Of a DNA stretch of 64,000 nt, positions 1 to 14,094 are shown in pieces. A program made the translations under genes and the position numbers. The stretch spans positions 78,244,001 through 78,308,000 of the forward strand of contig OX597816.1 of assembly GCA_951406725.2 (NCBI GenBank). Reading direction: 5' to 3'. Origin of the DNA: Octopus vulgaris (lineage: Eukaryota). The notes beneath the pieces are model-generated. The model saw nothing but the letters and a program-made list of their open reading frames with translations, was not told the DNA's origin and searched no databases. How positions within the stretch are numbered: the first letter of the stretch is position 1; each line of letters starts with the position of its first letter.

Positions 1-1033
1 GAGGGGAAATGAGATTGTGACGTCCACGCTTTACTCAAGGACATTTGTGAAGTAAGTCAATCCCAAAGTCTATAGTGAGTAAATATATATTGAGTCAGAA
101 GTATGTCGCCCTAGGATACGATTATCATAAAACGAGATCAACCGTACAGAATCCGGATAATAATTAATATAAACCCAACTATCTATCAGCTGTCACAAAA
201 TTATTTTAATCAGCAAGACTAATTTATTTCACTGACTCTCACAGATTGAGACAGATTTTACCTTGAATACATTCCTTTATATTATTATTATTATTATTAT
301 AAACCAGTATTAAAGAGTCTCAGCGTGTATAGGATTGGTTAAATCTAACAAGAAAGTTTAAGCCGAAAACTGCAGGCCTAAAATATTTTATGTATATATT
401 AATAGTATATATGTATTCTAAGTGAGTCAATGTTTTATGGACAGAAATTGTCCGCGAATTCCGAGAGATTAAATCACACCACGACAAATATATTTTCTGA
501 TTTAATAATAGAAATTTAGAATAGTGCTTTCTTCGAGAGAAAACACTGACAAAGCTTACAAACTCAGTTATTTAATATTCATATAATAGTTTTGTAAATT
601 ATAACTGTAGTAAATGTTTCAACAAAAAATGCTTTAAGAGATATATATTCAAGATCGTCGGCGATAAGTTGCGGTGATTGAGATAATTTGGAGACCGTCA
701 ACTCTCAAGGTATTCACACTTCAAACAGCACGATTGTAAGGAAAGAAGTCTACAAGGTACACTTTCTAGAATACGAAAAAGGGTGTGGCTGGCAGTGGAG
801 TAAGACATAAATCTTAAGCGGAGTTGTTAGTCCCCCCCCCCACCTCGTCCCAACTGGCTCTAACTGAGCAGACTTATAATCAGAAACATTACATATACGA
901 ATACTGTTGTGTTCTTCGATAATATTATCCAAGTCTTTTTTTTTTTTAAACTATAAGTTATGGATATTTAGCTCCTATCAAGTTGAGTGATCACGTAAGA
1001 CACTCATTTATTGGCTTGTTAATTGTGTAAGAG

Positions 1034-1075
<42 letters not shown>

Positions 1076-1106
1076 TTTGTGAGGTCTTTGCAGCTTTATT
1101 AATAAA

Positions 1107-1156
<50 letters not shown>

Positions 1157-3741
1157 GCATGTTGGTGCAAACAGGAAGAGTAGATCTGAAAATATGAGTA
1201 TATGTATATTGTGTTTTCTGCCAAATATTAATATACCAATATATATATATATTGCAGTGTCATATGACATTGCAAGTTTATATACTTTTATTTGTATGAC
1301 AAATTGAACAAGACAAAAAACAAAAAGGTCCAGATCAAAACGTTTGGCAAAATATTACATTAAATAATCTATTAGTTGACAGATATATAGCCGACTTAAT
1401 AATCCTTTCTACTATAGGCACAAGACTAAAAATTTTGTAAAAAAATACTTTTTAATTCAAGGTGATACAATGTGCAAAAGGTATGCTAAAATCGTCCAGT
1501 TATACCGATGTATTTATATTACTATGCACTGCATTTACAGAATATTTTTCCCCAAAATTAAGAAGAAAATAAAACATTACTTATTAAAGCAATATAGAAT
1601 TTTGAGCTTGTTTAAACGAACTATATCTGAAGCAAAAGTTCCTCAAATAGTTGTAGAGACGATATAAACAGTTACTGAGGAATTACTAGGATATGCCTCA
1701 GCAGTCTAAATGTCACGTAACGCGTTTTACTAGACACAGGTGTATATAGTGAAGGAGGAAGGGAGCCGAAGACCCTAATAGGATGGCTAAAAACAGATGT
1801 ACAGTTAGAGCAAATACACACAAGGTGTACTATTACAATAATCTTAGATACGAATTAGTGACAAGAAGGTATATCTGTATGTATACAATTTATGAATATT
1901 ATAACTTTTAAGTCACGAAATATGCTAATTTTCGTTTATAACCTCAAGAATCTACGATCAAAGAAAGCTTCTCAAACAAGTATAGTATTACCTATGACAT
2001 AACTTAGATGGAATATATATATATAAAACGCTTTTTGATATTTTTAAACTATTGTCTGGGTTTTGAAAACAACATTTATATTGCAGCAAATATTATAAAA
2101 TTCAAAGTGAGGTTTATTCAGAAGAAAAGTATTGTTTTAGATTAATATTGTAAGACTACAGGTTGTAGGCATAGAGAGAAACAGAAATACGTAGAATTAT
2201 TTGTGGGCGAAAGAAGAAATGTAAGGTAGGAGGTTAAAATTAGGGCAAAACGAGAAAATAAATAGTACGTTTTTCAGAACAAAAAATATAAACACAAAAT
2301 TTTAACTGTAAATAAAGATGAAATGTAATAAAGTTATAGATGTACTTACTTAGTGATCAGCTTATATAATATTTATATCTATCTGTATCTAGAGATAGAT
2401 ATATATTTGTAGAAGTTGGTTTGTAAATATATCAAAATTAATCTAAACCAGAAAACACAGTCATTTCCATCCTCAATAACTGAAGAGTTCGTTATTTGTT
2501 TTCTTAACAGGGATCGCTTGTTAATTGTAATTCTTAAATATCAAGAAAAACAGTACAAAACACACATTTAAGTCATTCTTAAAAGGTAAAAATCAAATTA
2601 CTTAAAAGCAAAAATAAAAAAAATAATTAAATAGGAACATCTTGTTTGGTAAAGAAGTACTAACACCTAAAACACTGCTAATTGTTACACTGTTGTTTAT
2701 ATGCAATGATCGCTCCTAAATCAAGTGGTCGGAGCTGTCAAAGAAATGTCTAAAAATATATTTGGCAAAATAGATATAAATTATTCTATATTATTATTCG
2801 TGTATTTTTTTGCTATTTTATCTCTGGGTATTTTATACTTGTCTGAAACAATTTTATGTAAAAAACTTTTTTTTTAAAACTACATTATTTTTACCTACAA
2901 ATCAAAAGAAAAAATAGAATAGCTTCATATATCCGTATAAAGATCAAAGGTAAATCTAGAATCTGAGAAATGGTGTCAGGGCCATTAGAAAAAAATTATA
3001 TTTTGTCAGTTTCTTCAAAATGTTCCTGTCCGAAACATCAGCACTTACATCTCTTCACTGCAAACAAACTTCGATTATCTAAATAAGTGTTTTCTCAATT
3101 ATTTTAATGTTGAATTTAACAGACAATCCCATTTTAAAGAGCAATAGCTATTAAGGTGTGGTGAAAAAGCTCTTGCTAACTTTCAATATTTGTTTCAGCG
3201 TAAAATACTCTGCTTGAAGTTAATTTTAGTTGTAGAGAATCATTGTTGAAGTTTCTTTTCTCTCCAAAAAAGCTAAGCTTCAAAAACCATATCGAAATCA
3301 GGTACATACAAATATACAATATATTTGTAACAACAGTTGAAGAAGTTGCGTTTATATTTCATATTTATTATGGGACGGGATGCTTAGAGCATTCATTTCT
3401 TTTTTAAACGATAGTTAGACGTTATATGAAATGATATTCGGTGGAAATGTAACTAATTCGCTTATGCTGTTTACTTCGTGAAATGTGATGGCGCCTGTCC
3501 AATTGATTGCAACTCTGAAGGAGGTACGACAAAGTCGCGATTTTCAGCGGGGGAAAAAAAAGGAATAAATTTTATAACTTCTGTCATATACAAGCGATCT
3601 CAGATGCATTTACTTCTTTTGACGTTTGTTACGAACCCTCGACAATATTTTTTAATTATTTTATCTGTTCATATATACGTATATAGGTACATACGCACTC
3701 TAAAATTTCTTTGATTTTTTTATCGGAATAAATGAATTGAG

Positions 3742-4961
3742 GGATCTTTTCCTTTTGAACGGCACTTTTCAACACAATTTCTAGTTAACTAAACACTTTT
3801 AAACTTCGTATACTGGTAGAATGTGTTTATAAAACATAATTTTTTCTTGGCTTTATTGAGAAAATTGTATATGTTGTAAGATATTTCGTCTTTAATTTCG
3901 AGCATTTCGAGCATTTAACCAATCGCTGGAGTTCATTTAAATAAATAACATTCTGTGCATAATGAATATGTCCCTCCTTTAAGAAACAGATTGGGTTTAT
4001 TTACATTTGTGAAGAAAAAAGATATCCTTTACCCACCCTTCACCCTAACCCTAAATCTAAAATAGATTGAAATGCAATAGATCGATACTAGGGCCATAAT
4101 TATGGGTGACAATTTCATGCGACACCGCTACGGAAAATGGGATTTTTTTTTCCAGCGGTGTCAAATGAAAATGTCACCCATAATTATGGCCCTAGTATCG
4201 ATCTATTGCATTTCAATCTATTTTAGATTTAGGGGTTGGGGAAGGGTATCTTTTTTTCTTCACAAATGTAAATAAACCCAATCTGTTTCTGGATCTTTTC
4301 CTTTTGAACGGCACTTTTCAACACAATTTCTAGTTAACTAAACACTTTTAAACTTCGTATACTGGTAGAATGTGTTTATAAAAAACATCATTTTTTCTTG
4401 GCTTTATTGAGAAAATTCTATAGGTTGTGAGATATTTCGTCTTTAATTTCGAGCATTTCGGCAATTTTAACCAATCGCTGGAGTCCATTTAGGTAAATAA
4501 TATTCTGTGCATAATGAATATGTCCCTCCTTAAAGAAACAGGGATCATTTCGGTTTGAACGGCAGTTTTTAACATAATTTCTAGGTAACTAAAAAATTTT
4601 AAACTTCGTATACTGGTAGAATGTGTTTATAAAACATCTTTTTCTCTTGGCTTTATTGAGAAAATTCTATAGTGTGTAAGATATTTGTTGTTTTTTTTCT
4701 TCAATTTCTGCAATTTCAACCAATCAGTGACGTCTATTGAGTTAAAAAGCATTCTGTGCCGTATGAATATGTCCCTCGTTTAAGAAACAGATTGGGTTTA
4801 TTTATATTTGTGAAGAAAAAAAGATACCCTTCCCCCAACCCTAACTAACCCTAACCCTGAAAGAGATTGAAATGCAATAGATCGATTCTAGGGTCATAAT
4901 TATGGGTGACAATTTCATATGACACCGCTAGAAAAAACTGCCGTTCAAACCGAAAAGATCC
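3742..4961. mobile_element. Cluster of related MITE / non-autonomous DNA transposon copies; complete copy at 4542-4961
   Basis: 4542 GGATCATTTCGGTTTGAACGGCAGTTTTT is the reverse complement (1 mismatch) of the end at 4933-4961. Related copies start with GGATCTTTTCCTTTTGAACGGCAC at 3742 and 4291. ~4155-4290 is an inverted partial copy of ~3983-4130. Confidence 0.8.
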
Positions 4962-5034
4962 TAAGATTGTACTAATGCAAGAATATAATGATTAAAACAC
5001 GAAATTTAGAAAACAAAACAAAAATATATTTCAG

Positions 5035-5804
5035 ATATTTGGCGTTTCGATAGAAGCGCACCTCTCCAAGAAAATGACGCCTAATTTCTAAAAAAATTAT
5101 GAAAATGAGAAATATATCCAAAATATATGAAGTATGCAAAAAATTAGGAAGATTCATCTAATTTTAAATATTTTATACTAAAAAATAAAACATGGAAAAT
5201 GGGCACTCGCGAATATAAACAAATATGTCGGACGACACAAGGGGCGGTAACTTGTATCAAATATCATTAATGATACAAGGGGCCCGTTTGCAAATTCTTG
5301 ATTGTTTTTAATCAGATTTTTTACTGCGCACACTGGTTAGGGTTAGGTCGTGCACACTCGCTTTACCATCGCCAATTTTATGATATGATGATATTCGACA
5401 GAAATAATTATAAAACAGTAAATAGTAAATATATTAGTTATAAACTAACTTTTAAGAAAAAGATTGTGAAACGGTCTTCTTACAATTCGCAGATGACATT
5501 GTCAGGCCCCTTGTATCAATAATATCTGACTGGTAAAAGTAAGTTACCGCCCCTTGTGTCGTCCGACATGTTTGTTTATTTATTCGCGAGTGCCCGTTTT
5601 CCGTTTTTTTTAATTTTCTGATAATCGTAACGCCCTATATTAACCCTATTATTTTTTAGTATAAAATATTTAAAAATTGATGAATCTTCCTAATTTTTTG
5701 CATACTTCATTTATTTTGGATATATTTCTCACTTACCTACTTTTTTTTTTACAAGTAAGCGTCATTTTCTTGGAGGGGTGCGTTTCTAAAGAAGCGCCAG
5801 ATGT
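5035..5804. repeat. Foldback/MITE-like element with ~250-300 bp imperfect inverted arms
   Basis: 5035-5285 is the inverted counterpart of ~5504-5804, e.g. ATGTCGGACGACACAAGGGGCGGTAACTT vs AAGTTACCGCCCCTTGTGTCGTCCGACAT. GGTTAG repeats lie in the spacer. Confidence 0.75.
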
Positions 5805-6225
5805 TTTGTAGAGCTTTTGGGCACAATAGTTTCAGCTAGTTAATTCAATGGGTTAAAAGTTCAACTATATTGTCCGTGATGAAGATGTTTAACTCTCGTT
5901 GATTTGGTCTCTCTTGCAGTAATTAACTACAAGACAATGTACAATTTACTATTTGATTTCTTTTCGATTAACAAAATATAATTACAGGGTTGTTTTTTGT
6001 TATACGACCTAACCCATATTTAAGTGGAGTGCAGGCATCCACCACTTTGTGGATATACAAGGATCTTTACGTGCCTGTGAAGGAGCCACTATATGTCTGC
6101 TCGACCGACTAGAAAAAAACATCTGAATCTCCCTCAAATCACACCTTACTATCCTAAAAAGAGAAAGAAAGGATGGTCACTGCTGAAAATAATTTGACCA
6201 TAGGTTAAGTATTATTATTATTATG

Positions 6226-6820
6226 AGGCAATCGATCGTTAGCATTCCGGGCAAAATGCTTAGCGGTATTGTGTCTGCCGCTACGTTCTGAGTTCGAATT
6301 CCGCCGAGGTCGACTTTGCCTTTCATCTTTTTGGGGTCGATAAATTAAGTACAAGTTACTCACTGGGGTCGATATAATCGACTTAATCCATTTGTCTGTC
6401 CTTGTTTGTCCTCTATGTTTAGCCCCTTGTGGGTAGTAAAGAAATAGATATTTCATCTGGTGCTACGTTCTAAGTTCAAATTCCGCCGAGGTCGACTTTA
6501 CCTTTCATCCTTTCGGGGGTCGATAAATTAAGTACCAGTGTAGTACTGGGTCGATGTAATCGACTTAACCCCTCTCCCCAAATTTCAGGCCCTGTGCCTA
6601 TAGTAGAAAGGGTTATTATGAAGTAATCGAGAGTAGCAAGTTGACAGACTTGTACTGTACCGGACAAAATGCTTAGTGGCATTTCGTCCGTCTTTATGTT
6701 CTGAGTTCAAATTCTACTGAGGTGGACTTTGTTTTTCAACTTTTCGGGTCGATGAAATAAGTAATCTGCTTAGCTTCATCCCACAAAATTGCTGGCCTTG
6801 TATCAATATTTAAAACCATT
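6226..6820 (+). mobile_element. Tandem tRNA-derived SINE copies (Nin/Deu-domain-like)
   Basis: Three units with a B-box-like GAGTTC(G/A)AATTC followed by GTCGACTTTGCCTTTCATC..GGGGTCGATAAATTAAGTAC, which resembles the Nin SINE core. Confidence 0.7.
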
Positions 6821-7711
6821 ATTATGAGTCAACCTGTAGATAAATAAACAATAGAGAACTTTGCAACCAAAGTATCTTCCATATCTCGTTAACAGACATC
6901 TTTTCTACAAGCTGATTCTTGAATTTTTTAATATATATATTTAGTTTTCATTAAGGTCACTGACCTTAGAATGGTATGAATGTCATATAATCAAAATGCC
7001 CCTCACTCAAAAATTAATATTCTTGTTCCTTATAAAGGAATAAATCAATTTTTATGATAAAAGGACAATGTTTATTCGTCATTTGTAACTTGGGTTAGGC
7101 ACACCAATCATACATAATAGTTACATTTAGTTTGCTTATAAATTGTTATTTCCAGAATTATCACTATCTGCATGAGTATCCCTCAAATACTTGAATTGAA
7201 TATTGTTTCTCAATTCTGTATTAAACTTTTCTAAGCCATTAGGGAGTTCATAGTAGAGTTTGATAGCTTCTACTGGAGTGAGGCAATTTTCCTTGCTGCA
7301 GATCAGCTAAGAAGAGATAAAACTAATGATACATTTAATAAAACCTGGCTTGTACTTTATTCTGCTGATCCCAGAAAGATGAAAGGCAAGATTTGAACTC
7401 AGAATGTAAGTAGAGAGCTAGCGGAATTAAATTTCCACTTAAAGCATGAAAAATTTACATGAAGTACCACTACACTACTTACATTATGTTTCAGTGTTAT
7501 TAAATTACAACACATTAATGATGACAAAAGACTGAGACATCTGGCGCCTTGCTGTGCTTGAGAAGACCAGTCCACAACAACTTAATTGTTATCCTAAAAC
7601 TGCCTTGGTACATAGTTGAACCTGCAGAGCTCTGCCCACCTCCATTCTCACTGCCCTCTCAAGCCTCCCCTATGGCTCATTCTCTGACACTAATCACTTC
7701 TTTATCTGATA

Positions 7712-8645
7712 TTAGTTAAGTTAAGTTAATTTTTTGGCTCAAAAAGTAAAAAACAAGGCCATGTAGGGGGACATGGAGTTTATGTACAGAGTGGTGGTCT
7801 TGCAAAGAGTTCAGGCCATTTCTGGTCCAGAGAGACTTTGAATCGAGCGGTTGTCGGCATCTTCACTATCTCGTCCGGCAGGTTATTCCACGGATCCGCA
7901 ACCCGGACGGAGAAAGCCCCTCTACTTCGATTGAGATGAAATCGTCGCAGATAGAGCTTTTCGGAGTGACCCCGCAGCCAATGCTCTGGAGCAGGAGTGA
8001 AGAACAGCTCTTTCGAGAGGTTACACTTTCCACTTATGATGTTGTGAGCAAGAATGAGATCACCACGGTGTCGTCGTTTTTCTAGAGAATAAAGGTCGAG
8101 TGTCTTCAGCCTTTCTTCATAAGACAAATGCTTGAGACCAAGAACCATGCGGGTAGCCAGCTTCTGGACTCTTTCGAGACGATGTATGTCTTTGAGGAGA
8201 TAAGGAGAAGAGGCTTGAATCCCGTACTCCAATATGGGTCTCACCAGCATGACATAGAGCGGTAGGAATATGGCTGCTGTGAGCATTCTGAATGACCATC
8301 GAATCAAAAACAGAACTCCCGCATGCTTTGTTGGCAGCATGGACGCACTGGGCCGAAGACGAAAATGAAGAATCCACCAAGATACCCAGGTCCTTTACCT
8401 GGTCGGTCCTCTCCAGCAGCAGACGACCCAGCTCAAAATCAAGTTGAGTTGCAGGAGAAGAGCCAACAGGCAGATGACAGCACTTTGACACGTTCAGGCA
8501 CAGGTCCCATTCATTAGACCATCTCCAAATTTGGTGGAGGCATCGACGAAGATCATCTATATCACCACGAGGAGCAACCAGTTTGACATCATCGGCAAAT
8601 AGAAGGGTGTGTTGTGTGAGGTCGTCGGGCAAGTCATTTATTATT
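7712..8645 (-). mobile_element. CR1-clade LINE, 5'-truncated, frameshifted RT C-terminus
   Basis: ORFs 8117-8740 (INDLP..LLFADDVKL, VKDLGILVD) and 7780-8340 (LVRPILEY, LERVQKLATR, LSYEERL, LRGHSEKL, WNNLP). The 3' tail is a tandem (AACTT)n at ~7712-7729. Confidence 0.92.
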
Positions 8646-9259
8646 CTGTTACCATAATCTCCTGTCAGCAGAATAGGTACATACATCACCTCCCTTTTTT
8701 TGCCTTCCTCTACTCTCCTCAACCATAGAACAACTTCCATTCCTCATTATTCTCCTCCAGCCATGCTCTCTCTCTCTTTGCTATACTTTATCCATAACAC
8801 CTACCTCTTTTATTCCAATACTGGCACATATCTAACATAGCCTCTCCCACTGAGCTACACCTATATTTCTCATCATTAATCATACAGTCACCTCTATCTC
8901 ATCTAACCATCTTTCCTTGTGTTCTTATGAAATTTTCTCCTCTCTCCCCTGCCCTGCCCATTCATCCAGTCTGATCCTCTGTACTACTTCACCTATATTT
9001 ATCCTCACACCTGTTCCTTGAGGGTATGTCCTGACACCCACCCACCACCATCTCTCTCACTCTCTCCATCTCTGTCTTTCTCTTGATGTCTCTTTCTCTC
9101 CTTTCTCCAACTGGGTTATCCTTTGTATTTCTTCTACAACAAGACACCTATTGCTATCCCTCTCTATCTTTTGATCACTCATCAACTGGCACAAAAACCC
9201 ACGTTACTCAATACTGTTCCCCCTCCCAGTTGAGGGAGCTTTGTCTTTTCCTCCAGGTT

Positions 9260-9930
9260 ACTTGGTGATCCCATAGGTGCTAGTACCTTGAAAAAAGCAC
9301 CAAATACACTCTATAAAGTGGTTGGTGTTAGAAAGGGCATCCAGTTGTAGAAACATGTCAAACAGACAATAGAGCTTAGTATGACCCTCTAGCTTGCTAG
9401 CTCTTGTCTAACTGTCCAACCCATGCCAGCATGGAAAATGAAAGTTAAATGATGATGATAACACTGAAGGAAAAAATAGAATCAACCATATCTCAAAGCT
9501 ATCTTACTTCAGTATTTAGTTACTATTTCTTAAAGCTGTTAATAGCACCTACAACATTTGGTTCTTTTTTATGCATGTTATTATTTTAATATATTAAAAT
9601 TTTTTCAAACCAAGACACCTGTTTCTTTGTCTTGCAAATTCCTTGGTGCATCTGCTGGTGCTTGTGCCACATAAAAGGCATCCAGTCCACACAGTAAAGT
9701 GGTTGGTATTTGGAAAGGCATCTAGCTGAAAAAAAACATGGTAAAGCAGATCTCACTGATGCTGGTGCCATGTAAAAAGCACTCAGGCCCTTTTAAAAGG
9801 AAACGCATCTAGCTGCATAATCCATGCCAAAACAGACAGTAGAGCTTGGTGCAGTCCTCTGGGTTGCCAACTCTGGCCAAACTGTTGAACCCATGTCAGC
9901 ATCAGAAACGTTGAATGCAGATGATGATTC
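9260..9930 (+). mobile_element. Two degraded RTE 3'-UTR/SINE-like copies
   Basis: AAAGCAC..GTGGTTGG..AAGGGCATCCAG..CCAACCCATGCCAGCATGG motif ending in GAT repeats; CpG-decayed. Confidence 0.65.
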
Positions 9931-10704
9931 ATTTGACTTTTAGACTCCATTCACAATTTATGTCTGATTTGTAGACTTAAATAAATATTCTCTTGATTAT
10001 ATGTAAGACATTTACTTTATAAAACAACGTTCAAGTTTACATTATGCTGATGGTATCCAGTCCAACCTGTTTCAAAAGCCATGATGTGTCAATATTCATC
10101 AATTCTGAATAATTTTATGTTTTTTACATAAAACCAGAGCCTAACTGTGTTTTTCTGCCTTTCTGGACTGTTATCTTTTATCTATGTGCATATTCTTTTT
10201 TGTTTGTTGCAGCTCTCAGTTTTGATTTGATCTACTGCATTTAGATTTCCCATTTAGAACCACAGCTTGATTATATCACCATAAAAGTATGACAGGTTCT
10301 TCGAGAAAGCGGAACACCCACATAATTGTTTTCCAGCCAATCAGTACCAGCTGGTATGTATCAGTCAACAGCAGCAAACCATAAAGAAACATTACGTATA
10401 CTTCCTGCCAAATTATATTTCAAAGGTTCTTGCCCAGGGTTATAAAAGTTGGTGATTTGAACTCCTGAGCAGAGCCAATTCAAATTCCTCACAGAACCAT
10501 GTCACTTTGTTCTGCAAGATGTTCTTTCATCACCTTTAACTTGTCATATAATATATGCTGAAAATACATGTTTGATGTGGTAAAATTAAACTTGTGTTTA
10601 ATGTTGACATACATGCATCTAGCTTTATTTTCTGTTCTTCCTATAGTAATAATGGATACATGTCTCATAACAGATTTAACTGGAACATTCTCTTTATCTT
10701 ACAT

Positions 10705-11137
10705 ATTGTAGCGCTAAGAGTACCATACAAGTGAGATCGTTGCCAGAGCAACAAGCTGGCCTTCGTGCCGATGGCACGTTAAATACACCATTTGAGCGTG
10801 ATCGTTACTGCGTTACCTTACTAGCACTTGTACTGGTGGCACGTGAAACATTCGAGCGAGGTCATCGCCAGTGCTGCTGGACTGGCTCCTGTGCAGGTGG
10901 CACATAAAAAGCACCATTTGGATGTGGTCGTTGCCAGTACCATCACACTGGCCCTTGTGCCGGTTGCACGTAAAAGCACCCACTACACTCTCGGAGTGGT
11001 TGTCGTTAGGAAGGGCATCCAGCTGTAGAAACTCTACCAGATCAGATTGGAGTCTGGTTCGCCAGACCTCAGTCAAATCGTCCAACCCTTGCTAGCATGG
11101 AAAGCGGACGTTAAATGATGATGATGATGTTGATGAT
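10705..11137 (+). mobile_element. RTE-family 3'-UTR copy with internal tandem units and (GAT)n tail
   Basis: Repeated GGTGGCAC(G/A)TAAAAGCACC units, then the conserved TTAGGAAGGGCATCCAGCTGTAGAAAC block and GATGATGAT tail. Confidence 0.8.
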
Positions 11138-11207
11138 TGTAAAGTTTAAAGTATTATATCCATACAGAAATATTTTTCAATTTTATATATTTTGTACATA
11201 GGTACAT

Positions 11208-11660
11208 GGTGCAGGTGTGGCTGTGTGGTAAGAAGTTTGCTTCCCAACATATTTTCAAGTTTAGTCCCACTGCGTGGTACCCTGGACCAGTGTCTTCTAC
11301 TATAGCCTTAAACTAACTAGAGCTTTGGGAGTGGATTTAGTTGGTGGAAACTGAAAGAAGTCTGTTATATATCTATCTGTGTGTGTGTGAGTGTATGTTT
11401 GTGTATGCATGAGTGTGTGTGTTACTGTCTCCTACCATGACATCATGTAATAGTTATAAGCTAGTATCACTGCCATGCAAGTGGTGTCTTTCATTTCCAG
11501 TCTTCTGTGGAAACATGCTTGGTCATGGGTAAATATTACTTTGCTTGGAAACAAGTAAGGGCTGGAGACAGGAAGGGTATCTGCCTGTAAAAAACCTGCC
11601 CCAACAAATTCTGTCCAACCCATTCAAGCATGGAAAAGTGGATGCTAAAACCATGATGTT
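11208..11660 (+). mobile_element. Degraded tRNA-derived SINE plus second SINE-like segment
   Basis: GGTGCAGGTGTGGCTGTGTGGTAAG..AGTCCCACTGCGTGG..GGAAACTGAAAGAAG, the same family as 38565 and 44871. Confidence 0.65.
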
Positions 11661-12568
11661 GATAATATGTAAAATGCCACTCAAGTAAATAATATCTTTC
11701 AGAAGTTGATATATATCATCATATATCATTTTATTTACACAATGGGTGTTGTGTGCTTGAATAGTTGAATGAAATATTTTAAGTAGACCAGCTGTCATAC
11801 TTGGACAATAGAAGAATGTCAATAACTGTTTGCTTTAGTTTTTATTGTCATTGTTTATCAGCCTGACTATCCCATCTTTTGGAAACAGAGTTTCTACAAC
11901 TAGTTTGTCCCACCTATTCTTCCTTTTAAAAGTCAACAGGATATATTTTATGAAAATTTTGGTTGCCATTTCTTGCATGTCAAATAACCATGTAAGATCT
12001 CTCTCAGCAGCTCATGTTCATTTGTGTGTGTGTATGTTATGTATGTATTTGAGTTTTATTTAAGTTCTTGAGATGGTTCAAAGCAACAAAGCATTTTAAG
12101 TAAAGAAAGTTCTTATTGTTTGTAAATATGTAGTTGAGTTGGTGTGTTGGTTGAACTGTCAATGCATACACTCAGGTGTGTGCATCTATTCACATAAGAA
12201 TCTCAGACAGAATTTTTAGAATAACTTACAAAATGTTTACTATGTCACTAATAGATTGAATTTGGAGAATCTGCGTCATTTTTTTTTTTTTGCTTTCTCT
12301 GTGAAGTCAAGTATTTCTAGATTTTTGTGCTAATTTGTTGGTACATAACCTAATGCACCTATGATGATAGGTACAAACAATAATTCATAGTCAAGGTAAA
12401 AGAGCTTTAAGTTCTGCATTAATTAACCAGAAATGTTCCCTGGACAGCTGACCTTTACAATAGTGCATGACTTTTGTTCCCTGCCCCATATGCATGCATG
12501 CATGCATGCATGCATGCATGTATGTATGTATGTATGTATGTATGTATGTATGTATGTATGGTTGTATG

Positions 12569-14057
12569 TATCATCATCATCATCATCATCATCGTTTAAT
12601 GTCCGTTCTCCATGTTAGCATGGGTTGGACGGTTCGACCGGGGATCTGGGAAGCCAGAAGGCTGCACCAGGCTCCAGTCTTATCTGGCAGTGTTTCTACA
12701 GCTGGATGCCCTTCCTAACGCCAACCACTCCGTGAGTGTAGTGGGTGCTTTTTACGTGCCACCTGCACAGGTGCCAGGCAAAACTGGCAACGGCCACAGT
12801 CGGATTGGTGTATTTTACGTGCCACCGGCACGGAAGCCAGTCGAGGCGGCGCTGGCATCGGCCACGATTCGGATAGTGCTTTTTATGTACCACCATTCCA
12901 GGGGTCCTGGCATCTGCCGGATGCCAGTCATAGGATTGGTTCAATTTCGATTCCGATTTTGATTTCACTTGCCCCAACAGGTCTTCACAAGCAAAGTGGG
13001 GTTGGCATGGGTGCCTGTCGTCGGATGAGGTTTGATATCGACTTTGCTTGCCTCCACAGGTCTTTGTGTGTCCAAGGGAGGAAAGGCATGCATAAGTAGG
13101 CTGGACTCACTTGTCCTGCCTGGTCTTCTCACGCACAGCATATTTCCAATGGTCTCGGTCGCTGGTCATTTCCTCAGTGAGGCCTAAAGTTCGAAGGTTG
13201 TGCTTCACCACCTCGTCCCAGGTTTTCCTGGGTCTACCTCTTCCATGGGTTCCCTCAACTGTTAGGGATTGGCACTTTTTCACACACCTATCTTCATCCA
13301 TTCTCGCCACATGACCATACCAGCACAATCGTCTCTCTTGCATACCACAACTGATGCTTCTTAGGTCCAACATTTCTCTCAAGGTATTAACGCTCTGTCG
13401 AGTATGCACACTGACATTACACATCCATCGGAGCATACTGGATTTATTCCTCGCGAGCTTACGCATGTCCTCAGCAGTCACGGCCCATGTTTCACTGCCA
13501 TGTAGCATGGCTGTTCGTACACATGCATCATACAGTCTGCCTTTTACTCTGAGCGAGAGGCCTTTAGTCACCAGCGGAGGTAAGAGCTCCCTGAACTTTG
13601 CCCAGGCTATTCTTACTCTAGTAGTTACACTTTCAGCGCACCCACCCCCACTACTGACTTGGTCACCTAGATTACGGAAGCTATCAACTACTTCTAGTTT
13701 TTCCCCCTGGAAAGTGACGGAAGTTGTTTTCTGCAGATTTTCAGAGTTTATTGCTCCTGAGCATCTGCCACATACAAAAACTATCTTCCCAGTTAGCCTT
13801 CCTTTGACATTGCTGCACCTCTTATGTGTCCATAGTTTACACTGGGTACATCTTACAGAGTTTCTACCTACACCTTTTCTACAGATCGAGCAGGGCCATC
13901 TTCCTGAATACATTTGTGGTTTGTCTACCTTCCTACTTATTAGTACTTTGGTTTTAGCTAGGTTGACTCTAAGGACCCTCGATTCTAATCCCTCCTTCCA
14001 CACCTGGAACTTCTCCTCCAGTTCTGATAGTGACTCAGCAATTAGAGCAAGGTCGTC
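12569..14057 (-). mobile_element. RTE-clade LINE, 5'-truncated at the YADD motif; ORF2 C-terminus (13107-14003), 3' UTR and (GAT)n tail
   Basis: DDLALIA at the truncation point, VNLAKTKV, an inserted PHD-like Cys cluster (CSICRKGVGRNSVRCTQCKLWTHKRC..CGRC), LHGSETW, GRGRPRKTW. (CAT)n at 12569-12592. Confidence 0.93.
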
Positions 14058-14094
14058 ATGTATGTATGTATGTATGTATGTGTGTGTGTGTTAC

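Noticed and set aside
3457-3523. KCDGACPIDCNSEG, resembling a furin-like or LRR-cap Cys motif before a GT donor
   Set aside because: Upstream in-frame stop, no acceptor and no partner exons.
4040-5350. Interstitial telomere
   Set aside because: Only 2-3 units of CCCTAA/TTAGGG, embedded in MITEs.
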